Origin: a virus
Length of the DNA: 64,000 bases
Virus record (IMG/VR): IMGVR_UViG_3300035698_009139
Direction: 5' to 3' (one strand)
The notes beneath the pieces are model-generated. The model did not search any database. It saw nothing but the letters and a program-made list of their open reading frames with translations, and was not told where the DNA came from. Of this stretch, positions 9,243 to 19,874 are shown piece by piece. Numbering within the stretch: the first letter of the stretch is position 1; each line of letters begins with the position of its first letter. The translations under genes and the position numbers were made by a program.

Positions 9243-12200
9243 ATGCCAGCAATTGAAAATATTTATACAGGCAGCCATACCTATTCGAGTGGCGAAGTTG
9301 CAGTAACCGAACCTATCGGTGCGACTGTAGTGATGGAAAATTGTCTTCTGACATTCACACAAGAGGGTGGCCACACGGCAGCGTCCCAATCTGATCACAG
9401 TCTTGTCCGTGGCCAAATTACATCCACCACGGAAATGACGTTCACGCGCGCCGCAAATCACTCGACAGTATTACCTACTGTATATTGGACAATAACAGAA
9501 TTTGCGGCTGGTGCACTCAACAGTGACGTTCAACGCGGCGATCTTGATCTTATAGGGTCGGAAATGACTGTTACTATTGATCCTGTTACATTGGCTCAAT
9601 CTTCAGTTATGTTGTCAAGAACCACTAACGTAGCTGGCCTAACTGCCCCAGGTCAAGTAAGATGTGAATTAACATCACCCACTACTATCAAATTTTCATC
9701 TACTTATTCAACACCATCATCCGGCACTCATTATTGTGAGTGGCAATTAATCGAATTCAAAGAAAATGAAGCTGTTGTTAATCGAGGTGATTGGGATTTA
9801 GCGCCGTCCGATGCCGGTGACAACATTCCTGTAGTCTTTAATGCGAATACTACATTATTGAACATATCAGGAGAATCATCTGAGGGATACTATTCTCAAT
9901 CAATAGCATACGGACTTATTGATGGTGACGACAATCTTAATGTAGAACGCGGCCTAACGGCTGGCGGTGGTGCTGGATTGATAGGAATTAGTTACGAATT
10001 AATTACATTCTTTGATGGGACAACAGTAAAACGTGGTGTGCAACTTCTTGAAGATACTACAACTGATTATTCAGTAGACCCCGGAGTTGTGGATGCCAGT
10101 GTTGCATCTGTTTGGGGTCAAGGCCATGCTGGCCAAACCAAAGGTACTATAACATCCCAAGCGCACGGCGAATTTCTTGTTGGTGCTGTTCTGACAGATA
10201 AAGATACTCTGGACATTCAACGTTTCACGGGTGTTTCCGGTAGAGACGTGTCTCTCGCTTGGCAGATTGTCGAGTGGGGTAGTGATGTTATTGCTGCACC
10301 CGAAGCACAAACAATATTCAGATATCCACGTCACCGTGTTTATGCACCAAAAGGTTTAGATTTTGCACCAAACGGTTCTGGCGCTGGTTTAAGACTCAGT
10401 AGAGTACATGACGATTCATTTGAATATACGTTATCAACATGGTTCCGCCGTAGTGCAACACCGTCAAGCGAAGAAACGATATTGAGCCTTGGTAGTGATA
10501 GCAGTGGAACTCCTTTATTACGAATCCATATGGTATCAAGTGGTGTGGGTGTTTCTTTTCAGGTGCGCTCTATCAACGGCAATGCTATAAACAATGTACA
10601 TACGCCAGATGTAATTGATAATCGTTGGCACCATATATCAGGAACAGTTTATCACGGCGAAAACGGTGCTGCGTCATCTTTCAGTAGAATATTAGTAGAT
10701 GGTAAAATTTCGGCGGCAGTGACAGGAAGTTATCTTGATCCAACCACATTCGATAATGTGACGCTTGGATATCTAGACAGAACTTCATCGGCACTTGAAT
10801 ACAATGGTGAAATTGCTTTACCCGCTGTATGGAATCGAACGATGTCCCTTCAAGAACAGCATAAGCTATATCAACATGGTGGACATCCTCTATGTCTACC
10901 CCATAAATTACAGCATTTTGTTGATTTCACACAGGGATTTGCTGATTCATCTGATGGCGCGTTCAAAGATTTAGGAAAGGGCGGCGGTAGATTTTTCGAT
11001 AAAACCTCAACTATGACACCCGCGAATTTGACGGCAGTTGGTGGTGTTACCGCCAGACATCCAGCCGGACCAAGATTCATTTACAAAGACGCTATTCTAG
11101 CTCCCGTACCTGAAACACCACTACGTATTATTAATTCGGGCCATGCTCTAGCTAATAACGTAGTAGCGGCGTATGTGTTCGATCAAAATTCTGGAATTAC
11201 AATTCCCGATATCCATTCTGATGGTAACGATGCTGTATTGTGTCGTTATTTACCTGTGTCGGAAGCAAACACTATTTACTCTACAACATATGTTGGTGGT
11301 CAGGGATTTGCAACTGATGGTACCTATGGATATATCAGTGGATATGCTGGCACTAATATAGGTCGTTTGTCTGGTGATACATGGGCCACTCTAGATTATT
11401 CTAATAATCCCAATAATGATTCCGTTGCTACTGCCGTTGGTACTACCGATAGAGTGGGGGATTTGTGCTACTACTTCGATGATTCATCTGTATTGGTTGC
11501 AATGTATCTCAATGCTGGTGGTGTTGGTATGATCGGTATTTGTGAAGACCCCGGAATTGATATGAATCTTGATCGGGTGATTGATACTACGGCAGAAATA
11601 GACAAACCATCCGGCGTATTTTGTGAGAATAATAGTGTGTACGTGACATCATTTTCCACTGGTGATGGTACGGGCGTATTCGAATACAATTACACTACGG
11701 GTGCATACATAGGCGTAACTAATTTCGCCTTTGATCTGGTGAATGTTCAGGGCGTATCAAAAGATAGTGATGGAAATTGGTATTTTTCATTCTTCATCAA
11801 TACAAGTGATTCTCAGAGTTACATTTTCCGATTTGATGCAGATAGGAAAGTAACCGGTTCATGGTGGATGAAAGGCGGTACTAATTATGAAATTGAAGGC
11901 ATAGACGCCACACAGGATGGATTTCTTTATCTGAATTTTAAAGATTTATCATTAAAAAATATGCGCTTTAATATATCTGATATGGATACGGTCCCGGGTA
12001 CTTCTACAGTTCCTTGGGGCGCAGACAAAATACAGTTGGACGAATCAGATGCCGATAAATGGAAAATAATGATTCCACGAACATTTGGTACTGAAGGATC
12101 AATTCATACTGTCTGTCATCCAACCACTTTGTTCAATTACAATAATTGGCTTGCTTCATGGAGTCTATCTAATAACCATTGGGAAGGTTGGTGTTACAGC

Positions 12201-12602
12201 GACGGGCGCAGAGCGTTCCGCTCCAATAACTCAACTGCATCGATATTAGCAGGTAGCGCCATAGAAACAGCATTGACTGCAACTTGGTCTGCTACCAATA
12301 CCCGCGAATATATCTATCAAGATAAAACACAAGGTACATCCCGAACGCCCGGCGCCGCGCACGTAGGACCAATCATTCTTGGTGGTGTTGAAGTTTATGG
12401 TGCACGAAGCGATTTTGCGTTTAATAATGCATTCGTCTTTGATCGCGAATTAACTTCAGCGGAAGTAGATGATCTTATTGATAATCCTGAAAGCTTGTGG
12501 GCATTATCGCCCGTTGCATCTAGTGGTTTAATCAATATCGGGGCTGGCTTGTTTATGTCACCACTATTACACAGACGTTTACTGATAGCATCTTATAAAT
12601 AA
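9243..12602 (+). CDS. Large mosaic fibre/adhesin-like protein with a LamG (ConA-like) domain and a probable beta-propeller
   Basis: LamG-like motifs YTLSTWFR, DNRWHHISGT, YNGEIALPAVWNRTMS; second LamG-like C-terminus VFDRELTSAEV; propeller-like QGFATDG / QGVSKD / EIEGID; SD GGGG before ATG 9243. Confidence 0.7.
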   Translation: MPAIENIYTGSHTYSSGEVAVTEPIGATVVMENCLLTFTQEGGHTAASQSDHSLVRGQITSTTEMTFTRAANHSTVLPTVYWTITEFAAGALNSDVQRGDLDLIGSEMTVTIDPVTLAQSSVMLSRTTNVAGLTAPGQVRCELTSPTTIKFSSTYSTPSSGTHYCEWQLIEFKENEAVVNRGDWDLAPSDAGDNIPVVFNANTTLLNISGESSEGYYSQSIAYGLIDGDDNLNVERGLTAGGGAGLIGISYELITFFDGTTVKRGVQLLEDTTTDYSVDPGVVDASVASVWGQGHAGQTKGTITSQAHGEFLVGAVLTDKDTLDIQRFTGVSGRDVSLAWQIVEWGSDVIAAPEAQTIFRYPRHRVYAPKGLDFAPNGSGAGLRLSRVHDDSFEYTLSTWFRRSATPSSEETILSLGSDSSGTPLLRIHMVSSGVGVSFQVRSINGNAINNVHTPDVIDNRWHHISGTVYHGENGAASSFSRILVDGKISAAVTGSYLDPTTFDNVTLGYLDRTSSALEYNGEIALPAVWNRTMSLQEQHKLYQHGGHPLCLPHKLQHFVDFTQGFADSSDGAFKDLGKGGGRFFDKTSTMTPANLTAVGGVTARHPAGPRFIYKDAILAPVPETPLRIINSGHALANNVVAAYVFDQNSGITIPDIHSDGNDAVLCRYLPVSEANTIYSTTYVGGQGFATDGTYGYISGYAGTNIGRLSGDTWATLDYSNNPNNDSVATAVGTTDRVGDLCYYFDDSSVLVAMYLNAGGVGMIGICEDPGIDMNLDRVIDTTAEIDKPSGVFCENNSVYVTSFSTGDGTGVFEYNYTTGAYIGVTNFAFDLVNVQGVSKDSDGNWYFSFFINTSDSQSYIFRFDADRKVTGSWWMKGGTNYEIEGIDATQDGFLYLNFKDLSLKNMRFNISDMDTVPGTSTVPWGADKIQLDESDADKWKIMIPRTFGTEGSIHTVCHPTTLFNYNNWLASWSLSNNHWEGWCYSDGRRAFRSNNSTASILAGSAIETALTATWSATNTREYIYQDKTQGTSRTPGAAHVGPIILGGVEVYGARSDFAFNNAFVFDRELTSAEVDDLIDNPESLWALSPVASSGLINIGAGLFMSPLLHRRLLIASYK
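12594..12601 (+). promoter_or_regulatory. T4-type late promoter
   Basis: TATAAATA overlapping the stop of the 9243 ORF, ~24 nt before ATG 12625. Confidence 0.75.
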
Positions 12603-12624
12603 GATGTAACTATAGGGACTTACG

Positions 12625-14734
12625 ATGACCGGTTATCTCGGCGATTTTGCAATAAATTCAAACGTGTACATGTCATTCAGTACGTTTGCCAACACTGGTG
12701 GCTCAGCTACAGCCACTGGCTTCGCCAACACTGACGTCCTGGTATTTAAAAATGGGTCGTCCACATCAAAAGTATCATCTAACAGCTGCTTTGTTGTCAC
12801 AGACTTCAGCAGCCAAACTGGCCTACATCACGTAACAATCGATACATCTGACAATTCCGGTGATGTAGGGTTCTACGGTGCTAGTGGAGATTACCAGGTA
12901 GCTGTCGCTGATATAACAGTGGCTGGTGAGACTGTTCGAACATGGCTCGGCCAATTTTCTCTACAGAACAGATATGCTCCCGCTGCAACGGTTTCTGGGA
13001 TCGTTCAGGCCAATGTGACGCATGTTAATGGCGGCGCTGTAGCTAGTGTGATAGATTTCAGAGCTAACACATCGACGCTGGCTTTAGCCTCAGCTGTTTC
13101 TGGATTGAATAACATATCAACCGCAGACGTACTTACTCAGGCAAATGCTGTCATCCAGTTTTACGACGGGCCAACCAAAGCAGAATTGGACTCTGGGTTC
13201 TCTGGATTGAATAACATATCAGCTGCAGACGTACTTACTCAGGCAAATGCAGCCATTACCTTCTATGATGGTCTGATTGCGGCAGACCTGCCAACCAACT
13301 TCAGCGTGCTAGACATCAACGGTCAGGGTCGCGTGGTTGCAAACGTTGCAGCTATCGGCACAAATGATGTTACCACGCCTAATGATTTTAAAGCTGATGT
13401 AACGGGAATTGCTACACCAGCCGATGTGCTTGTTCAGGCAAACGCCGCCCTGCAGACATATGATGCCCCCACTAAAGCTGAGCTTGATACTGGTTTCAGC
13501 AATCAAAATGATGTATCAGTTGCGGACATTTTAACACAATCTAATGCTGCTATAGTATTTTATAATGGCCTAGTCGCGGCAGACCTGCCAACGAACTTCA
13601 GCGCACTATCAATCAACGGCCAGGGCCGGGTTGCATCGAACGTGGTGTCTGTTGGTACAAATGATGTATCTACACCAGATGATTTCAAATCCGGCGGTGG
13701 GGTAGTGACAGCTAATATAGCATTCGTTAACGGATCAGCAGTAACGGGAGTCGCTGATTTCAAAGCTGATGTTTGGAGTTGCAACTCCAGCAGATGTTCT
13801 CACTCAGGCCAATGCAGCTATATCGTTCTATGATGGCCTGGTTGCAGCTGATTTGCCAACGAACTTCAGCGCACTATCAATCAACGGCCAGGGTCGCGTA
13901 GTTGCAAACGTTGCATCAATCGGCACAAATGCTGTTACAACACCGAACGATTTCAAAGCAGATGTTTCTGGTGTCGTAACCCCAGCAGATATTCTTGCAC
14001 AGGCAAACGCCGCTCTTCAAGCATACGATGCACCTACTAAAGCCGAACTTGACACTGGTTTCAGTAACCTGAATGATGTGTCGGCCGCTGATATTCTGAC
14101 ACAAGCAAACGCCGCTATCACGTTCTATGATGGCTTGGTTGCAGCTGATTTGCCAACACACTTCAGTGCTTTAGCAATCAATGGTCAGGGCCGCGTAGTT
14201 GCAAATGTAGCGTCCATCGGCACAAATGCTGTCACGACACCAGATGATTTCAAAGCTGATGTTTCTGGAGTAGCCACCCCAGCTAATGTGCTCATCCAAG
14301 CGAATGCGGCGCTACAATCATATGACGCCCCAACCAAGGCTGAGTTGGACACCGGATTTAGCAGTCTAAATGATGTGTCCGCGGCCGATATCCTAGTGCA
14401 GTCGAATGCAGCTATTACCTTCTATGATGGGCTAGTTGCAGCTGATTTGCCAACAAACTTCAATGCTCTGACAATTTCTGTTGGCGGCACAGTGGATGCA
14501 TCGATCAGTGATATTCAGGCTAACTCGATTGCAAATACTGTTGTGGATAACATCAACGTGACGGGTGTCAATTTGACAACCCAACAACAGGCTAATTTGG
14601 CTGCAGATGTCGCAGCTAATATTTCTTCCAATATTGTTGCATCTGTGTCTGTAAATGATCGCATCCAGATCGCTAACACAATATTGAACGACAGCAGAAG
14701 CTTGACGGTCGGCAAATTCCTATCGTTTAGCTAA
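12625..14734 (+). pseudogene. Repeat-containing virion protein, split by a 2-nt deletion at ~13774 (ORFs 12625-13833 and 13769-14734 are one gene)
   Basis: The same ~100-aa repeat continues across the frame change; GATGTTTGGAGTT at 13768 versus GATGTTTCTGGAGTA in the repeat copy at 14258. Confidence 0.75.
13100..14470 (+). repeat. ~300-bp (100-aa) degenerate tandem repeat
   Basis: Recurring units QANAAITFYDGLVAADLPTNF...INGQGRVVANVASIGTN.VTTP.DFKADV...YDAPTKAELDTGFS; 300-nt period from 13801 to 14460. Confidence 0.9.
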
Positions 14735-14750
14735 CCAAACGAAAAGAACT

Positions 14751-14758
14751 TATAAATA
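14751..14758 (+). promoter_or_regulatory. T4-type late promoter
   Basis: TATAAATA upstream of the head core genes. Confidence 0.85.
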
Positions 14759-14775
14759 AAGTAATGGAGGTTATT

Positions 14776-14979
14776 ATGACAAATGAACGTACAGCACAGG
14801 CGATTGAAGCACTAAACGCGGGTAATACGACAGAATTTGCCGACGCAGTGACAAATGATTTGATGGACCGAGTTGCGGCCGCAGTTGAATCCCAAAAGCA
14901 AGACGTTGCAGCATCAATGTTTAGTACAGGCGCGCAAGAAAACAACGATGGAGAAACGTCGGATGGCGAAGACATTTAA
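14776..14979 (+). CDS. Small acidic prohead core protein (gp67-like position)
   Basis: 67-aa acidic helical ORF, SD GGAGG; first head gene after the fibre insert, ahead of gp21. Confidence 0.55.
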   Translation: MTNERTAQAIEALNAGNTTEFADAVTNDLMDRVAAAVESQKQDVAASMFSTGAQENNDGETSDGEDI

Positions 14980-15607
14980 TACATTATTCGAAAAGTATGG
15001 TTCTGATAACAGCTATAGCGTTCCGGCCGATGATGACCGAGAGGCTAAAGATATCAAGCCGCGTTCGAAAGGCGAGGAGAAATTCGTCGCTAAACATACA
15101 ACCAAAGTTACCAAACATCCAGTAGCCAAGGACAACCAGTTCAAGTCTACCAATAAGCCAAGTCTGCATAAAGGTTTCGAATCTAAGCATGCTGGTGAAA
15201 TGAAAGCTCCAAAACAGGGTACTTCAGAAGCTGGCAACAATGGTGATGGTGGAAATAAACAGACTCCTTCCCGCCGCGGTGATCAGATGGGTGGAGAGAC
15301 TAGCACAGTCAAGGCTGGCAGCTCAGACGTCCGTGTGGAGAATGTAACCGCACTACAGGATGAACGCAATGCTCTCCAGGAACGGATCGATGAGATTGAG
15401 CAGCTTTTGGACGAGAGCTATGAAACCAATATCGATTTAGAAGATGGCAACACAGCATTTCTTACGAAAGCTGACGCCAGAAATATTGACGAGGTTCGTG
15501 GTCGGCTAACAGATTTCAACAAAAAGCAGTTCAACGAACGGCTTCAGAAAGACGAAGCATCATTCAAACACGTACTTAGCTTCGTACGAGATCAAGTAAG
15601 GGACTAA
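14963..15607 (+). CDS. Putative prohead core/internal protein
   Basis: Starts MAKTFNTLFE; charged, low complexity; lies between the gp67-like gene and gp21. Confidence 0.55.
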   Translation: MAKTFNTLFEKYGSDNSYSVPADDDREAKDIKPRSKGEEKFVAKHTTKVTKHPVAKDNQFKSTNKPSLHKGFESKHAGEMKAPKQGTSEAGNNGDGGNKQTPSRRGDQMGGETSTVKAGSSDVRVENVTALQDERNALQERIDEIEQLLDESYETNIDLEDGNTAFLTKADARNIDEVRGRLTDFNKKQFNERLQKDEASFKHVLSFVRDQVRD

Positions 15608-15610
15608 TAG

Positions 15611-15958
15611 ATGACAGTTGTCAATAAAGCCAAAGGCGGACAAGTCACGCTTCGTTTCGAAACGACGGGCTTTGCTAACCTAGGCCAGGTTAATGCTATC
15701 GGTGAAACTGTTACCAGTATGAGAATTACTGATGTACTTTGGTCGGCTAACGGTGGCGCCTGGTTGATTAAACGCGGAGCCAACACAGTTCTCAAATTGA
15801 ATGGCAACGGTATCTGGCCTCTAAGGGACAACAACATTGTAGTTGATAATGTTGGCGGTGAATCAGCTGCTAACATCCAATGCATTCTAACAGCCGGGTC
15901 TGGTTCTCTTGTTATTAAGTTGGCCAAAGACTCAACAACATTTACGAGGCAGTACTAA
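15611..15958 (+). CDS. Hypothetical head-region protein
   Basis: 115-aa ORF coupled to gp21 (TAATG). Confidence 0.65.
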   Translation: MTVVNKAKGGQVTLRFETTGFANLGQVNAIGETVTSMRITDVLWSANGGAWLIKRGANTVLKLNGNGIWPLRDNNIVVDNVGGESAANIQCILTAGSGSLVIKLAKDSTTFTRQY

Positions 15959-16614
15959 TGAAACTGATATGTGAAGTAGCTGACGACCAGGCATTGCAGT
16001 TTCTTGAAGAAGCTGATGCATCTGGTGGCAAGAAACTGTACATCCAGGGCCCGTTCCTACAGGCAGAGCAGCCTAATAAGAACCACCGACAGTATCGCAT
16101 CGAGACGCTGCAGCGTGAAGTAAAACGCTACAATGAAAATTACGTGCAGAAGAATCGTGCATACGGAGAGCTTGGGCATCCACAGGGCCCAACGATCAAC
16201 TTGGATCGTGTTTCACATATGATTGTCAAGCTCGAGCAGAGCGGCAACGACTTCATTGGTAAAGCTAAGATCACAGATACGCCATCTGGTAACATCGTAA
16301 AGGCTCTTATGGGTGAAGGTGCTTCATTGGGCGTCAGCTCACGTGGGATGGGATCACTGAAAGACATCGGCAGCGGCCTTTCAGAGGTCCAGGACGATTA
16401 TTATTTGGCCACACCAGCAGACATCGTGGCCGATCCATCAGCTCCAGACGCATTTGTCCAGGGTATTATGGAAAACAAAGAGTGGACGTGCGTTGAAGGA
16501 ATCTGGATGGAACAGCACCTTGATGCGGCTAAAAAGTTTATAAATAACACGCCGGCTCCAGAACTAAATGCAGCCAAAATCAAAGTATTTGAGGCCTTTA
16601 TCCAATCTCTATAG
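15958..16614 (+). CDS. gp21: Prohead protease gp21
   Basis: LYIQGPFLQAE, RAYGELGHP, INLDRVSH, LGVSSRGMGS, DIVADPSAPDAFV. Confidence 0.97.
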   Translation: MKLICEVADDQALQFLEEADASGGKKLYIQGPFLQAEQPNKNHRQYRIETLQREVKRYNENYVQKNRAYGELGHPQGPTINLDRVSHMIVKLEQSGNDFIGKAKITDTPSGNIVKALMGEGASLGVSSRGMGSLKDIGSGLSEVQDDYYLATPADIVADPSAPDAFVQGIMENKEWTCVEGIWMEQHLDAAKKFINNTPAPELNAAKIKVFEAFIQSL

Positions 16615-16636
16615 GATAGCCTGAAACAACTAGATA

Positions 16637-16644
16637 TATAAATA
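16637..16644 (+). promoter_or_regulatory. T4-type late promoter (gp22)
   Basis: TATAAATA; a second copy lies inside gp21 at 16539-16546. Confidence 0.85.
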
Positions 16645-16679
16645 GTAACAAGAAATTTATAATTCGTAAGGAGATACCG

Positions 16680-17789
16680 ATGGCCGTAAAGACACAGGTT
16701 GTAGAAGACCAGGAAATCGAAAATGCAGTCGATCAGCTGGATGAATTCAAGGCCGATGGTGAAGCTTCATCAGTAGCCGAGCCTGTAGCAGGTCAGACTC
16801 CAACACGTCGTGCAGATCAGCGTAAGGGCGAAACAGCTCCTATCATGCAGGGTACTTCTAAAGTATCCAAAGCAGCAATGCTTAAGCAGATGGTTGAAAA
16901 GCTTTCACAGCTTAAAGATACAGATCTGAAAGCCGCATACAAAGGCGTGATGAATACTTCGAAGCAGGAAAATCCTGGTGAGAAGCCAATCGCCCAGGGT
17001 ACGACAGACATCAAGCAGCCACCTCGCGTAACCAAAGAAGACCTAGACATCGCTTCTGATCTAGCAGCAATCTTCGCCGGCGACGAGACGCTTTCAGCAG
17101 AATTCAAAACTCAGGCAACTGAAGTATTCGAAACTGCAGTGGTATCAAAAATCAATGAGCACCTAGAAGACATCTTCGAGACAGCAGAAACAAGCGTCGA
17201 GACAATGACGGAATCTGCTAAAGAAGAATTGTCAACGAAATTGGACAGCTATCTTGACTACGTAGTCGAGCAGTGGATGGACGATAACAAGTTGGCAGTT
17301 GATCGCGGCATCCGCGCCGAGATCGTTGAAAACTTCATGGGTGGCCTACGCAACCTATTCGTAGAGCATTATGTAGACATCCCAGAAGACAAGGTAGACG
17401 TCGTAGATGACCTTGTTGTCCGTGTTGAAGAGCTTGAGTCGGCTCTTAGTGAGCAGATTGACGTGAACGTCACATTGGTCGCTGAAAACGAAGACCTTGC
17501 ACGTTCGCGAGTTCTTTCTCAGGTGACTGAGGGCTTGACGGAAACTCAGGCAGAAAAGATTACTTACCTGAGTGAAGCAGTAACATTCGATTCGTCTAAT
17601 GATTTCCAGACGGCTGTCGAGGGACTGAAAGAGAGTTATTTTGCAGGCGGCACAGTACGAACAATCGTTGAAGAAGACGACATCGACGGCCCAGTAGGCC
17701 TTGCCGAAGCAGCACCAGAGGGTTCCGCTCAAATGAAACCTTATATTGATGCCATCACACGCTCACTTGGCGCGCCCGCAAAAAAATAA
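16680..17789 (+). CDS. gp22: Prohead core scaffold protein gp22
   Basis: LSAEFK..A..VFETAV, LDSYLDYVVEQW, ENFMGGLRNLFVEHYVDIP; lies between gp21 and gp23. Confidence 0.93.
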   Translation: MAVKTQVVEDQEIENAVDQLDEFKADGEASSVAEPVAGQTPTRRADQRKGETAPIMQGTSKVSKAAMLKQMVEKLSQLKDTDLKAAYKGVMNTSKQENPGEKPIAQGTTDIKQPPRVTKEDLDIASDLAAIFAGDETLSAEFKTQATEVFETAVVSKINEHLEDIFETAETSVETMTESAKEELSTKLDSYLDYVVEQWMDDNKLAVDRGIRAEIVENFMGGLRNLFVEHYVDIPEDKVDVVDDLVVRVEELESALSEQIDVNVTLVAENEDLARSRVLSQVTEGLTETQAEKITYLSEAVTFDSSNDFQTAVEGLKESYFAGGTVRTIVEEDDIDGPVGLAEAAPEGSAQMKPYIDAITRSLGAPAKK

Positions 17790-17793
17790 ATAT

Positions 17794-17801
17794 TATAAAT
17801 A
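17794..17801 (+). promoter_or_regulatory. T4-type late promoter (gp23)
   Basis: TATAAATA upstream of gp23. Confidence 0.88.
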
Positions 17802-17837
17802 AGCCAAAGACCGAATTGGTAAACAAGGAGACCGACT

Positions 17838-19226
17838 ATGGACATGAATAAGAGTCATCTAGAGCAGCTACAGGAAAAGTGGGACGGCGTTATCAATCAC
17901 GATGGCCTTCCTTCAATCGCCGACGGTCACCGCCGTTCAGTTTTGGCAACCCTTCTGGAAAACCAGGAATTGGATGCCCGTCAGCAAGCCGCTGGTTCAG
18001 GTGGATATGGCGCTCCAACGCTTTTGGGTGAGTCTTCACCTACAAATGCCATGGGTGCTTCTAGCTCCACAGCAGGCGACGGCGCAGTAGACATCTTCGA
18101 CCCCGTACTGATTTCACTTGTACGTCGTTCGATGCCTAACCTTGTTGCTTATGACCTTTGTGGCGTACAGCCAATGACAGGTCCAACCGGTCTTATCTTT
18201 GCCCTTCGTTCACGTTATACGAACCAGGCAGGAGCCGAAGCACTGTTCAACGAAGCCAATACTTCGTTTGCATCATCTGCTGCAGGCAACACAGCATCGA
18301 TTGGTGCTCGTGACGAAATCGGTACAAACGTTGGCCAGGTTGGTAATGATCCAACGGCACGCGCATTTGCTAACGGTTATTCAGTAGAACACGGCATGAC
18401 TACAGCTCAGGCTGAAGCACTTGGCGATGTGACAACGAATGGCTTCCAGGAAATGGCATTCAGCGTAGAGAAGGTTGCTGTAACAGCAGTATCCAAGGCT
18501 CTAAAGGCTGAGTACACGATGGAACTTGCACAGGACTTGAAAGCAGTTCACGGTCTTGACGCAGAGACAGAGCTTGCCAATATCCTTTCTGCTGAAATTC
18601 TTGCAGAAATCAACCGCGAAGTTGTTCGTACGATCAACTACACGGCTACAGCAGGCGCCCAGGAAAATGTAACAACGGCCGGCACGTTCGACCTTGATAC
18701 AGATTCGAACGGTCGTTGGATGGTAGAGCGCTTCAAGGGTCTTATCTTCCAGCTAGAGCGTGAATGTAACGCCATTGCCAAGGCGACCCGTCGAGGCAAG
18801 GGCAATGTGATGATCGTTGGTTCGGACGTCGCATCAGCACTTCACCTAGCAGGTGTTCTGGATTATACTCCAGCCCTAAACAACAACCTTCAGGTTGACG
18901 ACACAGGTAACACATTCGCTGGTGTTATGAATGGTCGCATTCGCGTTTACATCGATCCGTACTTCGCAAGTGCTTCAGGCAAGCAGTATGCAACACTTGG
19001 TTATAAGGGGTCTTCAGCCTTCGACGCCGGATTGTTCTACTGCCCTTACGTACCTCTACAGATGGTACGTGCCGTTGGCGAGAATACGTTCCAGCCAAAA
19101 ATCGGCTTCAAGACGCGATATGGCATCATCGCCAATCCTTTCGCAACGTCAGCAGCCGACGGAACGATCAGCTTCAACAACAAGAACGTTTATTACCGCT
19201 TCATGCAGATTTCGAACTTGATGTAA
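17838..19226 (+). CDS. gp23: Major capsid protein gp23
   Basis: LLENQE, LVRRSMPNLVAYDLCGVQPMTGPTGLIFALR, KALKAEYTMELAQDLKAVHGLDAE, TRRGKGN, FQPKIGFKTRYG. Confidence 0.98.
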   Translation: MDMNKSHLEQLQEKWDGVINHDGLPSIADGHRRSVLATLLENQELDARQQAAGSGGYGAPTLLGESSPTNAMGASSSTAGDGAVDIFDPVLISLVRRSMPNLVAYDLCGVQPMTGPTGLIFALRSRYTNQAGAEALFNEANTSFASSAAGNTASIGARDEIGTNVGQVGNDPTARAFANGYSVEHGMTTAQAEALGDVTTNGFQEMAFSVEKVAVTAVSKALKAEYTMELAQDLKAVHGLDAETELANILSAEILAEINREVVRTINYTATAGAQENVTTAGTFDLDTDSNGRWMVERFKGLIFQLERECNAIAKATRRGKGNVMIVGSDVASALHLAGVLDYTPALNNNLQVDDTGNTFAGVMNGRIRVYIDPYFASASGKQYATLGYKGSSAFDAGLFYCPYVPLQMVRAVGENTFQPKIGFKTRYGIIANPFATSAADGTISFNNKNVYYRFMQISNLM

Positions 19227-19250
19227 TCTGAGCGATCAATAAGAAGAGAG

Positions 19251-19275
19251 AGCGGCGCCCTAGTGGCGTCGTTTT
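19251..19275 (+). terminator. Rho-independent terminator after gp23
   Basis: AGCGGCGCC-ctagt-GGCGTCGTT plus TT. Confidence 0.75.
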
Positions 19276-19279
19276 CCGT

Positions 19280-19287
19280 TATAAATA
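19280..19287 (+). promoter_or_regulatory. T4-type late promoter (gp3)
   Basis: TATAAATA immediately after the terminator. Confidence 0.85.
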
Positions 19288-19305
19288 CTGTCGAAGGGAA
19301 TCGGC

Positions 19306-19827
19306 ATGGCTTTTAGCAATCAACCAGAAAATCTGAACCAACTATCACCACTAGGCTTTCGATTTGTATTGAATAGAACCCCGACAGTGACGTATTTCTG
19401 CCAGCAAGCTCCTATACCGGGCATATCGATCCCTGAAGTCCCGCAGATGACGCCAACTTTGAGCATTCCTCTACCAGGAACACCAATGACCTTTGAGCCG
19501 TTCAATATACGCTTTAAGGTCGACGAAGACATGGTTAATTGGATGGAAATATTCAATTGGATGAATGGGTTAGCATTCCCGGGTGACACAAATGCATATA
19601 AGTCACTTGTGGGTGGGGTGGACGGACCGATTCGTAACGGTTTGAGTGATGGCCGCCTGATAGTATCCACCAATCAGCATAATCCTTCGATCAGTGTGTC
19701 ATTCTATGATATGTGGCCAACCAACTTATCACAGATAGATTTCGACACAACGCATCATGACGTCGAGTATATGGAGGCCGAAGTTACGTTCAGGTATCGT
19801 AACTACACTGTTGCCTCAGTGGCGTAA
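19306..19827 (+). CDS. gp3: Tail completion / tube terminator gp3
   Basis: N.LSPLGFRF, YFCQ..PIPGI, FKVDEDMVNWMEIFNWM, VTFRY. Confidence 0.88.
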   Translation: MAFSNQPENLNQLSPLGFRFVLNRTPTVTYFCQQAPIPGISIPEVPQMTPTLSIPLPGTPMTFEPFNIRFKVDEDMVNWMEIFNWMNGLAFPGDTNAYKSLVGGVDGPIRNGLSDGRLIVSTNQHNPSISVSFYDMWPTNLSQIDFDTTHHDVEYMEAEVTFRYRNYTVASVA

Positions 19828-19839
19828 TTGTGGTATAAT
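19811..19839 (+). promoter_or_regulatory. Sigma70-type early/middle promoter (uvsY)
   Basis: TTGCCT-17 nt-TATAAT with an extended -10 TG. Confidence 0.7.
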
Positions 19840-19874
19840 AGATAAGTTTTACTACACAGTTGGTTATTGTATAC

